A stretch of DNA of 64,000 nucleotides from Octopus sinensis (GCF_006345805.1 NC_042997.1:47988001-48052000); one strand, 5' to 3'; counted from the first letter of the stretch, positions 17,304-30,798 are shown. Translations and numbers: made by a program. The notes: generated by a model from the sequence alone, not told the origin.

Positions 17304-17518
17304 TATGTTTGTGTGTCTGTGTTTGTTCCCCTAGCATTGCTTGACAACCGATGCTGGTGTGTTTATATCCCCGTCACTTAGCGGTTCGGCAAAAGAGACC
17401 AATAGAATAAGTACTGGGCTTACAAAGACTAAGTCCCGGGGTTCAGTTGCTCGAGTAAAGGCGGTGCTCCAGCATGGCCGCAGTCAAATGACTGAAACAA
17501 GTTAAAGAGAAAGAGTAA
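17304..17518 (+). mobile_element. SINE family B, 3' half
   Basis: Matches 42125-42340, including the tail GCGGTGCTCCAGCATGGCCGCAGTCAAATGACTGAAACAAG. Confidence 0.88.
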
Positions 17519-18038
17519 TATGTATATAATATATATATATATATATGTATACATATGCATTTATAGCTTGGTAGATTGGTATAGATATAGAATTACATAC
17601 ATATACACATATGTATTTGCACATGTCGATGCTCAGATGTACATACATGTTTGTGTGTGTGTGTGTGCGCGCGCGTGTGTTTGCAAATTCAATTCTGTAA
17701 GAATAATGATAAGGTACAAAACGCAAACATATTGAGGAATCCAAAAGATATACTTCAATATCACAGAAAGCACGGTACACCAACATTTCTGATTTATATA
17801 CAAAGAGTTGCGTTCAACAAAGTAGCGAAAGCTCAGGTTAACATAAGAACACTGAAAATTTCTTTTCGCAGAGAATATAGCAACAAGCATAACTAGATTG
17901 TTTCTTCAAAGGAATTCACAATAAAATTTGAAATACATGAGTAGAAGTGTGAGCTGGTGATAAGAAATAATGTTTATCTATTTCTCACCAACGCTTGCGC
18001 TGCTCCTACTGAATTTTTTGTGATCGTGCGACGAAATG

Positions 18039-18563
18039 TTTTCTCACGAGAGTTCCAGATCTCAGTAGTGAACTCATTTGCATACAGCCAATCAGAACTC
18101 ACCTTGACCTTGTTGTCAATTTAACAAACACAACTCTACCAAGTAAACTCAAGAGGAAGAAAAGTGTTGTAAGTCGACCGATCGCCAAGTTATGCCTGAT
18201 TTTAGAAGGAGACAAGTATTTAGATAGATTTGCATCTATACCTATTATCGGGTATAGTTAGGGACCCATGTGGCATAAAGATGATGATGATGGGAAATAT
18301 GTGGGTAGAGGGTGATGTGCTAGTAACCCTGTCTCCTTAGTGTTTTACAAAGTAAACAACACAAATAACTAGGCAGCCATGGTGGAAACAAGATCAAGAA
18401 GCATTATTAAAAGAGAAACCAAACATGGTCATTCCTTACCCATGTGACCTTATTTTATCGCCCATCACTTGTTATGCGCTCATAAATTAGTTTTATAGTT
18501 GAGCTCTGATTGGCTGTATGCAAATGAGTTCATAACTGGGGTCAGGAACTCTCGTGAGGAAAA
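18039..18563. mobile_element. Inverted-repeat element (possible MITE), ~63-bp arms
   Basis: 18039-18101 is the reverse complement of 18500-18563 (core TGAACTCATTTGCATACAGCCAATCAGA identical). Weaker similarity extends outward to ~17981 and ~18590. Confidence 0.6.
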
Positions 18564-19561
18564 AAAATCGTGACCGGGCGTTTGGCGAGAGCATGTTATT
18601 TACTAGCACTGATTGATCTATAATAAAACTACACCTTTCTAGGCAGTTCAAGGTTATGTCCCTTTGGTGTCTAATAACGAGCCAGAAATGCATGTACACG
18701 TTCCAGAGAGGGCGCCACGGTTTTTTTTTTTTCCATGAGTGAAAATTGCCTTTAGAAGTGAAAATTGCCTTTAGAAGTGAAATTATGTCAGAAACATATT
18801 GGGAAGAACCTAAAGGTGAAATATCAATAATGAAAACAGAAATAAATAATGAAAGTATACGAGGACACATTTCTACCATTGGCACTTATCATTATTTACA
18901 ACACTTTGCTTAATATCAGTCATTAATTTGAAGTGTTCAAGCTAAATAGGGTTTCATTTAAATGTATAATACTCAAACAGAGCACTGTTAAATCATCAGC
19001 AGATAAATTAACGGGAAATTACATACTGTGTATAACACAAGTGAAGGTATGACCTGCCATCGATTGCTAAAAGAGAAGTATTTTGTTATTCCAAAGAGAG
19101 AGTTTGAAAAATGTTAAGAAGAATTAAGTAAAACAGATAACACCTTTTGAGTGCACTTTTGCCTACGTGATAAACATGATAGCTTTGCAAAAAGCTATCA
19201 TTCTGCTTCGTTATAAATACACAGTATGTTGCAGAACTTTCTTGAGTCATAAACATTAGTTTGAACCAATGTCTTTCCAGTTAAATTTACTAACCTGAAT
19301 ATATATGTGTGCCAGTAAGACTGTATGAATTTATAAATGTATGTATTGAGAAAGACATTGAGAAAGACATCTACATCTAAAAGTCTATGTAGACATGTGC
19401 GCGCGTGCACACACACATTCACTCACACACTCACTCACACACAGCCACACTTACACAGACAGTAATAATTACAATAATCCTTAGATGGAGCTTAAAGTAA
19501 ATAAATATATACATACATAAAATAAATAAATATATACATACATACATATATATGTATATAT

Positions 19562-19661
19562 ACGACGGGCTTCTTTCAGTTTCCGTCTATCAAATCCACT
19601 CACAAGGTTTTGCTCGGCACGAGGCTATAGTAGAAGGTTCTTGTCCAAGGTGTCACGCAGC
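19562..19661 (-). mobile_element. SINE family B, internal fragment
   Basis: CGACGGGCTTCTTTCAGTTTCCGTCTATCAAATCCACTCACAAGG. Confidence 0.82.
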
Positions 19662-19930
19662 CATGTCTGCGCCAACATATAATACATATGTATATATGAG
19701 ATGGACGCTTCAACTCTATGCTGCTGCCGCATTATGTCGTACGAGAATGAGAGGATTTGCATCCCCAACCAAGAATTTTTGATGTAACACATGTCCTTGT
19801 GGAAGCTGTTGTGCGCGGCTGAAGAAGGCCACATACATACATTATGCATTGTTATAAATCTGTCTAATAAAGGCCCGAAACATATGTACCGCTGAATCCT
19901 TCGCATCATGTTTTTATTTTATTTTGATCA

Positions 19931-19974
<44 letters not shown>

Positions 19975-22002
19975 CCCTATTAAACTTCTGTAGTGCTCTT
20001 CATATATATACAATCTCATCAATGTTTTTAATTATAATTTCGATATATGATGAGATCGTTTTTATTTTATAAGATCTAAACACAAATTAAAAGTAAAACA
20101 TTTATGAACTATAAAACATTTCCATAATTTCGTTTCGATATGTAATTATGTCAAGTTATAGTCTTATAATATTATATGTATCTATATGTGCATGTATCTA
20201 TATGAAAATGTGTTAAGAATAAACAGGGCGATATGAAAACACACACACACACACACAAAACAAAAGGAATGTCCCTTTCAGAATTAAATGTCTTGCTATA
20301 TACGTTCTGCACCGAATTACTGGTAATTTTCCTGTCATATCTTCAAAAATGCATTAAAGCAGCAATTAGTTCTTTAGAATATAAAACCTTTACCTAACCA
20401 GGCCATTGTTCTTATTATGAGAAATGGAATATAATGATAGTACATAAATAATATTATAGATATAAAAAACATTAAGAAAACAAATTCTATTGATTTTGAT
20501 CCTAGTTTAAATCTTTTTTTGATAGTATCACCAACAGTATATATGGAATTATTTCAGCTAAATTAGATTTGTTACTTCTAAATAATTATCATTTTCATTA
20601 TTTGTATTTAAGTATAAATTTTATATGATAATTCTATGCGTCATATCCAAGGAAATTAACAGATATGAACAAAATTTACTACTGGAGCAATTACAGATGT
20701 CAAACAATTTCCTTGAAAATAAGAATTGTAGTATTTGACAATATCTTTTGCAAATATGTCAGTAATATAAACACATAATTGTTAGTGTATCTAGAGAATG
20801 CCTTAGAATAAAATTTGTTGGACCAATTTTGCATAAGTATTGTTGAAATATTATCTTCATTTATTATTATGTAATCCGCTTTCGTATGGCATTAACAGGC
20901 TACATTAAGCATATGTAAATTTATATACTTCTGTGAATATTAAATATTTATACATTCTTTTTATAAAACCAATGTATATAAATAGCATTTTGTAGTATTC
21001 TTTTATAGTAGCCTTTAGCGAGGAGAAGGAGGAGGAAACAATTTCCTCACTCGAACTAACAGAAATAAAGGTTAACTCTCGAATGATACACTTTAGAAAT
21101 GCATTAGGTCTAAAATTCAATGAGACCAAGGTATAATATTCAGTTCCAGTTTACGTGCGAGGTCATTAATCATGGAGAAAATGGGTTAGTCCATATCACT
21201 AGCGCCATATTTTGCAACAAAGCTCACATCGGGGGAAATTTGAGCTTACTAAATATCAAGTACGGTGAAGCATTTATTCCGACACTTTAACGAATATGCC
21301 AATACAGCACAATTATTACAATTGATCATAAATCTGTATCACCAATACTAATCTGGGCTGCACATTTCGTTTTAAACACATTACGATAAATTCATGATGC
21401 AGTTGTAAATAATACAATTTACCACTTCGAAAGTATTTAACAGACTTCGCTGTCAATATTATACGTTTACACTTCTAGTGAAATGGCCTAGAAAAATCTC
21501 TTGTCTATTACTACATCCACTGGAAAACAGGATAATATAAGGTTACAACTTTATTGCTCTATTTGAAACTCTCATGTGGATTTTCTACAGTACCCATTGA
21601 AATAATCTACGGCATTTAAGAAACAGTACAACGGAAAAATAATTAGTAACGAACGAGCGAATATTTCTAATAGATGAATTCTTTATTGAATTTGCTATTT
21701 AAACAACGTGGATTATGCATACTTCCCCAGTTTTCAGCACTAACTGAACGTTTGACTATCAATGAGAAAACAAACATTTTAATATAACTTAGGAAAACTC
21801 ATTAAGTGCCAGTCTCTGAGTTATTAAGTGATCTACTAGGTACAACAGTCAATTTATTGTAGCTCTAATTACCACCTACTGCTTTCACGAGTTAAGATAG
21901 GTAGAAGGTTATGTGTGTGCGAATGTGTGTGTGTGTGTGTGTGTGCGTGTGTGTGTGTGTGCATATATATATATGTGTGTGTGTGTATATATATATATAT
22001 GA

Positions 22003-22057
<55 letters not shown>

Positions 22058-22856
22058 CATGTATGTATATATATTTATATATGTATCTATATGTGTGTGT
22101 GTGTGTGAATGTGTGTGGTTGTGGTTGTCGAACACTGGCTTTGCTCGATGTTTGCTGACTGACAAATTACCAAATGAATAGCCCCAGGGCACGCTGGAGG
22201 TCAAAAGTAAACTGAAGAAGATTGACATTTATTCCTAACAAAATAATAAAAGAAATAAGGGAAACCAAATTAGGTGTGAAATAATCGATATCTTTCCCAC
22301 ACGGTGAAGACGAAGCTGCACAGTTAGTAAAATATTGTTGATAGACAAGTCAACTGTAAACAATTCAATTATCAGAAAAGTTAAGCACTTCGTTCTTTGC
22401 AGCCGTAAACCAGCAGAATTAGCTTGGGAGATGTGCTTCTACCAAAATTAAAGGCGATATTATAAAGCTATATATTCTATTCCTAGAATCTATGAGATCG
22501 TTTTCAAACTATTCAGGTTAGGTTAGGTAGTCGCTGGATATAATAGATACAGTTAAAAAAACAACATTAAATCACAGCACAATGCTTGAAAACAAGAAAG
22601 GACACACTGAATAATGTGTTCCAGAATATAAAATGTTTGCAATAATATTACTGTAGTGACTTGAGTATGTTAGGCATGGTGGATTTAATGATGTTGAGCA
22701 GAAAATTGAGTTTAAGTGGTCAGTAGGTTGGTTACAGATAAAAGCCAAATATCAGCGTATGCACATACAAACGGAGCGAGAGAGAATGAAAGAGAGAGAG
22801 AGAGAGAGAAAGAGAGATGTACACGCAAACGTAGACATAAACAGATACACCTAATC

Positions 22857-23090
22857 TGTTTCTATATTACCCACAAGAGGCTAAACATAAAGGGGACAAA
22901 CAAGGGTAGACAAACGGATTAAGGCGATTACATCGACCCCAGTGAGTAACTGGTACTTAATTTATCTACCCCGAAAGGATGAAAGGCAAAGTCGACCTCG
23001 GCGGAATTTGAACCCAGAACGTAACGGCAAACTAAATACGGCTACGCGTTTCGCCCGGCGCACTAACGTTTCTGCCATCTCGCCGCCTTC
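22857..23090 (-). mobile_element. SINE family A, full monomer with probable TSD
   Basis: Complete head to tail; flanked by AGATACACCTAATC and AGATACACACACCTAATC. Confidence 0.9.
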
Positions 23091-23869
23091 CAAGATACAC
23101 ACACCTAATCACAAACACATTCACCTATACAGATTTGCATTTTTACAAACTTTTTTGTAATGTTGAATTTTGTAACATGAAACCTATTTTCCATGTATTT
23201 CCGTTTTACATTTACTAAAATCACGAAAAAAAACTAAAATAAACACGAAAGAGAACTTAGAACTGATGGAATATAAAAAGATTTGTCTCAAAGCGCTTTT
23301 AGTTTCCGTCAGTTCTTGAGAGAGGGAGAATAGTACCATAATTCTATGCTTGTATTAGTAACTGTGTTCCATAACGATTGTCAGTCTATCCTGTTTAGTC
23401 GTGTAGTCAAAATCTATATAGAGTTGTTTCTTTTTATTATTTCGTAATTTTCATTTGCTTCCGTTAAGTCGAAAAAGTGACATACACCGAGTTTAGAATT
23501 TGCACAGGTATATAAATGTGCGCTACAGCAAAATAGACTAGAGAGCGAAATCACCGATTTGTGGTTTATGCATCCCAATTAGGTCTTCGTGAATGAACTG
23601 TATAGTTTATTATGCACTCGGAGGCAATCTCATGTGTGAATTAGATATGTTTGTATTTACAATCGAGATATTTGTATTAGTCTTCAATTGTTTTGAACAT
23701 TTGTCCATTGTTCTGAATATTTTCATTTTGCCTTGTACAAACAAATCACAAATCGCGTCAAAAAATTTTTCATACTCCCTTGATTATATAATTTCTTATT
23801 ACCATGAGGATTTAGTTTTCTGAGCGTATGTATGCATATGCATATTTATTAATGTGTTTGTATGTGCAA

Positions 23870-23938
<69 letters not shown>

Positions 23939-24002
23939 TGTATGTATGTACGTATGTATATTTATACACACACACAAACCACAACTATATATATATATCT
24001 GG

Positions 24003-24248
24003 GCGGGGACGTAAACACACCAGCATCGGTTGCCAAGCGATGCTGGAGGAACAAATACAGACACACACATGCATAAATATATATACATATGCGACGGGCT
24101 TCTTTCAGTTTCCATCTACCACATCTACTCAAGTCGGCCTGAGGCCACAGCAGAAAACACTTGTCCAGAGTGCCACGCAGTGGAACTGAACCCAGAACCA
24201 TGTGGTAGGTAAGCTAGCTATTTACCACACAACCGCTCCTGCGCCTAT
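24003..24248 (-). mobile_element. SINE family B, head and middle
   Basis: Minus head TAGGCGCAGGAGCGGTTGTGTGGTAA matches 41921. Confidence 0.85.
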
Positions 24249-24265
24249 AGCCACTCCATGCATGC

Positions 24266-24324
<59 letters not shown>

Positions 24325-25755
24325 CATACATACATACATACATACATACATACATACATACATACATACATACATACATACATACATACATACACACATA
24401 CATACATATAATTAATGCTGTTGTTTTTATTTCCATTGTCCTTGTTATTATCATTTGCTGCTACTCTTGTATATCTACGGGCAGTGGATGTCAGAAATCT
24501 GTAGAACTTCAGAATGAATGCCTTACAGCATTTAGTTTCGTACATTTATATTACGAACAGAGATCCTGCTGGCTTTGGCACTGTACCTTATGATCAATAA
24601 TACACGAATGCGGCAAACATGACCGGAGGTAGTTTCTAATGAACAAAATCTCTCCCTTATCAAACTGTATGGCCTTTAGCCAATAAAAGATACTTATCAT
24701 TTTAAAATTAAATTCTGGGTATGTTAGCGCTGCTGCTGGGCTTGTTTCTGTTGCTAACGCTTTTGATATTGATGATGAATATGATGGAGATTAGAAATAT
24801 ATTTCATTCACAAAATTTTGGGTTCATATTGTATCTGAGATATCATAGATTTCACTTTACATATATAATAATGGTGTTGATGGAAATATGGTGAATTTTG
24901 GCATCTCATCTCAATTGCTTTACATGGCTTTTCCAGTCTTGGCGAATACATATCACTGTAGCTTTTTCTCGCCAAATATAAAATGTTTGTTCAGTCAAAG
25001 CGATTTCTCAAATTGTTTTTATCAAGTTGTCAACAGTAACTGTTCATCGACAGAATCTTATTTCAACCATCTCTGGACAAATGTGCCTGCGTGTGTATTT
25101 GCCGGTGCGTCTTCAAGTGTAATTGTACGTGGGTTTCTATTCGTTCATTTGGAGAATAATTTCATGTGTACTGGCGGAGTAGTACTATAGAGCTACATTA
25201 CGTTCTTTGGCAGTAAAATAAGAGAAGCTATACATCACCATCGTTGTTAGTGATCAGTCTTTCTATCTCTTTAATGGGTGCTATAATGAATATGTGGTTG
25301 AAAAGATATGTCGTAACTATATAGTTACTGGTTCGATGCAAATACGTAATGCATTTAACAAGAATGTTTTACCATGCCCCCAGCTTAAGCAAAGCCTTGA
25401 GTTTCAAATTGGAAGGGGTGTCTATGTAGCCCTTCGAAAAAAAACAGTATTTTGTTAATAGGAATTAAGCTTAATCCACCGATCGTTTTCACATTAGTGC
25501 TCAGTTTTTGCTAAATTTTGTGCATCACACACAAAGTGCAACCGTTTGGAACAGACTTCTGGGAGAACATTCTCCCTTCCCACAAATTATTATAGGAGTG
25601 CTGAACAGTATCAACGGTAATCCTTCACCTTTTCCGAGAAGCACTTCGTGAAAACGTGATGGACGATAGCCACGACCTTGTATTATTCGAAGGCTACTTA
25701 TCTAGAACACTATTTTGACTATGTTCTTTGCCTTTTTAAGACAGTGCGTTGTAAT

Positions 25756-25907
25756 TATTTACATTATTTACATTATTTACAATTGACGGATATTTGTCCT
25801 CATCTTATTTATTGTTAACACAACGGTTCAGCCAGCCTTCATCAGGTATCTTGGGGAAATGTCGAACCTGGGTTCTCATTCCTAAGGTATTTTTCGATGT
25901 TGTTGTG

Positions 25908-25979
<72 letters not shown>

Positions 25980-26050
25980 TCACTGCCTGAAATCGAATTC
26001 GGAAACTTGGGATTAGTAGCCCGTGCTCTTAACCACTACGCTATATGCTC
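25756..26050 (-). mobile_element. tRNA-derived SINE family C with internal (AAT)n and a degenerate hammerhead-like 3' segment
   Basis: Minus strand: A-box TAGCGTAGTGG, B-box-like GAATTCGATTTC, (AAT)n, then ATAC-CTGATGA-AGGCTGGCTGAACCGTTGTG, tail (TGTAAATAA)n. Confidence 0.8.
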
Positions 26051-26716
26051 GTGGACACTGTCATAGTGCGTAGCCGGAGTTTTCTATAATCATAAAAATT
26101 AAATGTAATTGAAAATCAATGTTTTCTTGAAATAATAAATTTCTATAGAGATTAGGATTTAAATTCTAATCTATGAAAAGGTTCCGTTCTACAATATTCT
26201 TGAAGGAACGCAAATTGTCCAACAACTCGGGCTAATACGAACGAGCCTGGTAGGTGTAAAAGACTGATTATCATGTCTTATGAAGAGTACAGGCGACAAT
26301 CAAATCGCTGATATTTGTTGTGCACTCCGCTGCCGTTATTTGATTGCTGTTATTCAGAGCGTTTGTACGCGAAGATCAGTTGTGTTTTGCAGGATTGCTT
26401 TACTTTTACTCTCAACTTTGAAATGGAGGAATATATAGTACTATATATAATAAAAAAAAGATAAGCCATTTGAGGTTAGAAATAAAGCGGAAAACGTGAA
26501 ATTCTTCGAGCAGGCATGTGTCCTATGCGAAATCTGTGATGAGCAAGATTGACGCTGATAACTTGGAGTCGCCTGTAATATATATATATATATATTTATC
26601 TGTGATTTACAGATAAATTCCTCTATTTACATCATATTGAGGTCTCTTTCTTACTTTTGTTGTCTTACCACTTTATCAATATATATATATATGTATGTAT
26701 ATATATATAATATATC

Positions 26717-26765
<49 letters not shown>

Positions 26766-26785
26766 TATATATATTATATATGTAA

Positions 26786-26973
26786 ATGTAATATGTGACA
26801 ATTATTCGGTAGCCATGATAGAACTCCAAGTTTCGGATGTCGGGGTGGAAATCCACGCTGCCATCTTTTCAGTTATCCGGCCATCGGAAAAAATGCAATG
26901 AAAAATGTTTCCATCGCAACATCCGAAACTCGGAGTTTTATCGTGGCTACCGAATAATTGTCACATATTACAT
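26786..26973. repeat. Inverted repeat, 55-bp arms (26786-26840 / 26919-26973), 3 mismatches
   Basis: Manual reverse-complement alignment. Confidence 0.9.
26817..26877 (-). ncRNA. Degenerate type I hammerhead ribozyme
   Basis: GATAA-CTGAAAA-GATG..GTGGA/TCCAC..CATC-C-GAAAC-TTGGA-GTT-CTATC. The core has a G-to-A change; the other arm has the perfect stem I partner TTATC. Confidence 0.55.
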
Positions 26974-27273
26974 GTACAGATAAATTCTCTATTTCATAAT
27001 ATAGAGATCTCTTTCTTTGTCATGTTGTCTTACCATTTCTATCAGTATATATATAATATATATATAATATATAGATATATATATAATAATAATAATAAAT
27101 TAGGGAATAAATCCAAATTTACAGGGAAAAATCAGATTTAGATTTAATCCAATTTTATAGTAAATATAATATAATATTAATTAGAGACAAAACCACTATT
27201 ATGCAAATCAAACAAAGAAAGACTTAATCCAATACATAAAAAATTTTATATAAATTAAATATAATTAAGATAT

Positions 27274-27319
27274 CCACTACGATCGTTTCTTGTCACTTCA
27301 ATGGACATTCGTCAGGTGG
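27274..27319 (-). ncRNA. Minimal type I hammerhead ribozyme (PLE-type)
   Basis: CCAC-CTGACGA-A-TGTC(cattgaagt)GACA-A-GAAAC-GATC-GTA-GTGG: stem I CCAC/GTGG, palindromic stem III ACGATCGT, GUA triplet. A.A apposition at the base of stem II. Confidence 0.8.
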
Positions 27320-27355
27320 TTTCAAGACCTTCTATGCAATTTTAAGGTCTTGAAA

Positions 27356-27401
27356 CCACCTGACGAATGTCCATTGAAGTGATAAGAAACGATCATAGTG
27401 G
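27356..27401 (+). ncRNA. Mutated copy of the same hammerhead
   Basis: GACA to GATA weakens stem II; GTA to ATA breaks stem III. Confidence 0.6.
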
Positions 27402-27516
27402 ATATCTTAATTATATTTAATTTATATAAAATTGTTTATGTATTGGATTAAGTCTTTCTTTGTTTGATTTGCATAATAGTGGTTTTGTCTCTAATTAATA
27501 TTATATATATATATAT

Positions 27517-27835
27517 ATATATAAATAGATTAAAAGGCCTCCAAATAAAGAAGCAAGTGCAAGATACACAAAAAGGGGATAAATTTATGAAATGGAATGA
27601 AAATCAAAAACGTTTACCATCTCAGCTAATCCTGTACTGCAGTTTCATCTTTTTTTTAGCAAATGAATATAATTTATCTGCCAAGGCCAGAATCGTCAGC
27701 AGTAAGCCTTTGTAATCCGAGCTGTACATACCGTTGGAAGCACGTGTAAATTCATTCAATTTCATGAATTTATCCCCTGTTTGTGTATCTAACACTTGCT
27801 TCTTTATTTGGAGGCCTTTTAATGTATTTATATAT
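27517..27835. repeat. Inverted repeat, 85-bp arms (27517-27601 / 27751-27835), ~6 mismatches
   Basis: Also visible as the near-identical peptide LKGLQIKKQV.DTQ.GDKFMK in opposite-strand ORFs 27464+ and 27622-. Confidence 0.92.
27632..27702 (-). ncRNA. Type I hammerhead ribozyme with intact core
   Basis: CTG-CTGACGA-T-TCT..GCAGAT..ATTTGC..AGA-T-GAAAC-TGCA-GTA-CAG: palindromic stem III ACTGCAGT, GUA triplet, predicted cut between 27635 and 27634. Confidence 0.75.
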
Positions 27836-27923
27836 GAATAACGCATAGTCTAATGACTAATTCGTCTTTTGTGCTGGGTCACTGGTAATAATAATTTATT
27901 TTTATTACTCTATTTACTATGTT

Positions 27924-27924
<1 letters not shown>

Positions 27925-27956
<32 letters not shown>

Positions 27957-29045
27957 TAGATATATATATATATACGTAAGATAGTTGGATAGATAGATAG
28001 ATAGATACATACATACATACATACATACATACATACATACATACATACATACATACATACATACATACATACATACATACATAAGTATGTACGCTCTTGT
28101 ACTTCTTTCTGCTGGCAATGGGACTGATATATAAGACTCATTAGCAGCACCATTACGTGGCTTTTCTCTAACGAGCACATGAATAATATATTAATATATT
28201 TCCATTGGTTATGTTTGTATTCATGTATGTATATAAATTCATATTAACAAAGACGGTTTCCTACGAACATTTCCCTTTTCTTTTGTTTTTTCTGTTGCAC
28301 TCCAACATATAACGAAACAGGCATATGCGTTATGTATTATCGATAGCTAACTCATAGAGATAATACAATCAATTTATCACTATCATTATAGGTGAATATC
28401 TTATTTCTTATATGTACATATGGTTCATCCTTTTGCACTAGATTACTTTCCTTTGAGAATTTTTCATTTTACAGTTATATTTGTTGATACAATTATTGAA
28501 GAGTATTGAGCATCCCAGTGTAGTAATTGGTAACTTATAACTTCATTTTCCAATTCAGCCACGATCATGAGAGTAAAAATTATACCGAGGTGACTTCCAT
28601 TACATTCAACGTTCCGATAATGCGTGAATAAAAGGACCAAATAGAGGCATTGTATAAGATGAATGTCAGAACTAGAGGAGATATAAAAGGGTTTTTTGCT
28701 TTGTTTTTTTATCAATAACCTCTTCTAAGCCTCTGACTTCCAATAATAAATCTTTATAGTTCTTCTCTTCTTCTATCAGAAAGTAGATGATATGCTACTT
28801 GAAGTACATTTTACGCATATGTGTGCATATGTGAGTGTGTGTGTGTGTGTGTTTGTGCGCGTGTGTGTGTGTGTATGTGTGTGTGCATATAATTAGAGTT
28901 AGGCTGGAAGATAGGCATGTTTGTGGTATATACCATAACGAACATCGTTATTCCACCCGTATATATATATAGATAGATAGATATGTATATACATATATAT
29001 ATACACGTACACACGCTCGTGCGCGTGAGCACACACGCACAAACA

Positions 29046-29112
<67 letters not shown>

Positions 29113-29445
29113 ATGTAAATATTTTATATTTCAAACACACATTTCCATCAATAACATCTCCGACACGATTACCATTCTCACCTAAGAAACTAGGAAATTC
29201 TCAGGAATTCATTTAGGTATAATATACACTTAGGTATAATATACATTGATGAATATTATTATAAATTATTTAGAATAATTGCAGTGAATTTTACGAACGG
29301 TGGTTGAACTTTCACTAAAATATTTAAAAGTTTATATAACACAAAATACTTGTACACAGTAATAGAATACTTAGTATTACAGAGATACATATATAAGTAT
29401 GAATATAAATACACTGATATATGCATATCAATGCATATCCAATAT

Positions 29446-29503
<58 letters not shown>

Positions 29504-29992
29504 GCACGTATGTGTGTGTGTTTTCAGTGAACACTACTTCACGTTCAGTAAACATATAGTTTATTATGCTTGAAAGATTTATACGTATATTTTTTTCCTC
29601 CAAACTATTGATTTTGTTTCTTTTTATGTTATAGATATATTCCAATTCAAATGCGAGGAAAACGAAGATTAACTTTGAACAAATAATACCCAAGTGAACA
29701 GCGATAACAATAATAAGCTTAGAATTTAAAAGACAAAAATTTAAGACATCAGTTCATGAGGTTTAAAGCAAAAGATAATGGATCAATAAAGATGAAAAGA
29801 TGTCAGGAGACGATAAAATGGCACAATTGTGACAAATATAAAATATAATATTAAGTAAAACGTGGTTGAAAATACAAAATCCCAATATAGACGTTATAAT
29901 CAATATCAAATAAACGATCGTTGAAACTCAAAAACAAAAATAAAATACATTTGTGAATGGAGCATATATATATGTATATACAGTATTAATAC

Positions 29993-30029
<37 letters not shown>

Positions 30030-30070
30030 ATATATATAATAACATATATATACTATGTATATATATATAC

Positions 30071-30105
<35 letters not shown>

Positions 30106-30158
30106 CATACATATATATATATATATATACATACATATATATATATATATATACATAC

Positions 30159-30191
<33 letters not shown>

Positions 30192-30226
30192 ATACAACAT
30201 ATATATATATATAATACATCATATAT

Positions 30227-30283
<57 letters not shown>

Positions 30284-30616
30284 ATATATATAGATTATAT
30301 ATATATGTAATATAAACTGATTGCAAATCTATTTTTAAATGACTGGAAGCCATTTTGGCTCGAATGATCACATTCCATTTTAGAAGTTGCTTTATACATG
30401 TGTATGCGTTTGTGTGTGTCTGTGTGTGTTTGTCTTGTAAAGTGAAAGATATATTTTTATAAGATTAAGAGAATCATGCTTGCATTTCTTTCTATTATTA
30501 TAGTTTTCTTGTGTGTGTGTGTTTTTTTTACATTCATTATTGCTTTGTTCGTCAAACATACAAATTATGTTCTTTTTCTACTGCTTCTTTTACTGCTATC
30601 TCAATTCTTCTTCTTC

Positions 30617-30702
<86 letters not shown>

Positions 30703-30767
30703 TGTAGTAGTATTGTTATTATTATTGTTATTATTATTATTATTATTATTATTGTTATTATTATCAC

Positions 30768-30798
<31 letters not shown>

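Larger units (their letters stand above)
27169..27506. repeat. Palindrome, 163-bp arms (27169-27331 / 27344-27506), 12-nt spacer, 3 mismatches
   Basis: Manual reverse-complement alignment. Confidence 0.95.

Noticed and set aside
18739-18782. 19-bp tandem duplication GTGAAAATTGCCTTTAGAA; similar short duplication at 7275-7350
   Set aside because: Ordinary local duplications with no further structure.
18935-19005. CTGATGA...GAAAC on the minus strand
   Set aside because: No stem III pairing or stem I complementarity; likely chance.
24888-25190. 100-aa ORF; minus-strand LKTHRQIHT and VDEQLL motifs
   Set aside because: Isolated short motifs without the cysteines of a C2H2 finger or piggyBac context.
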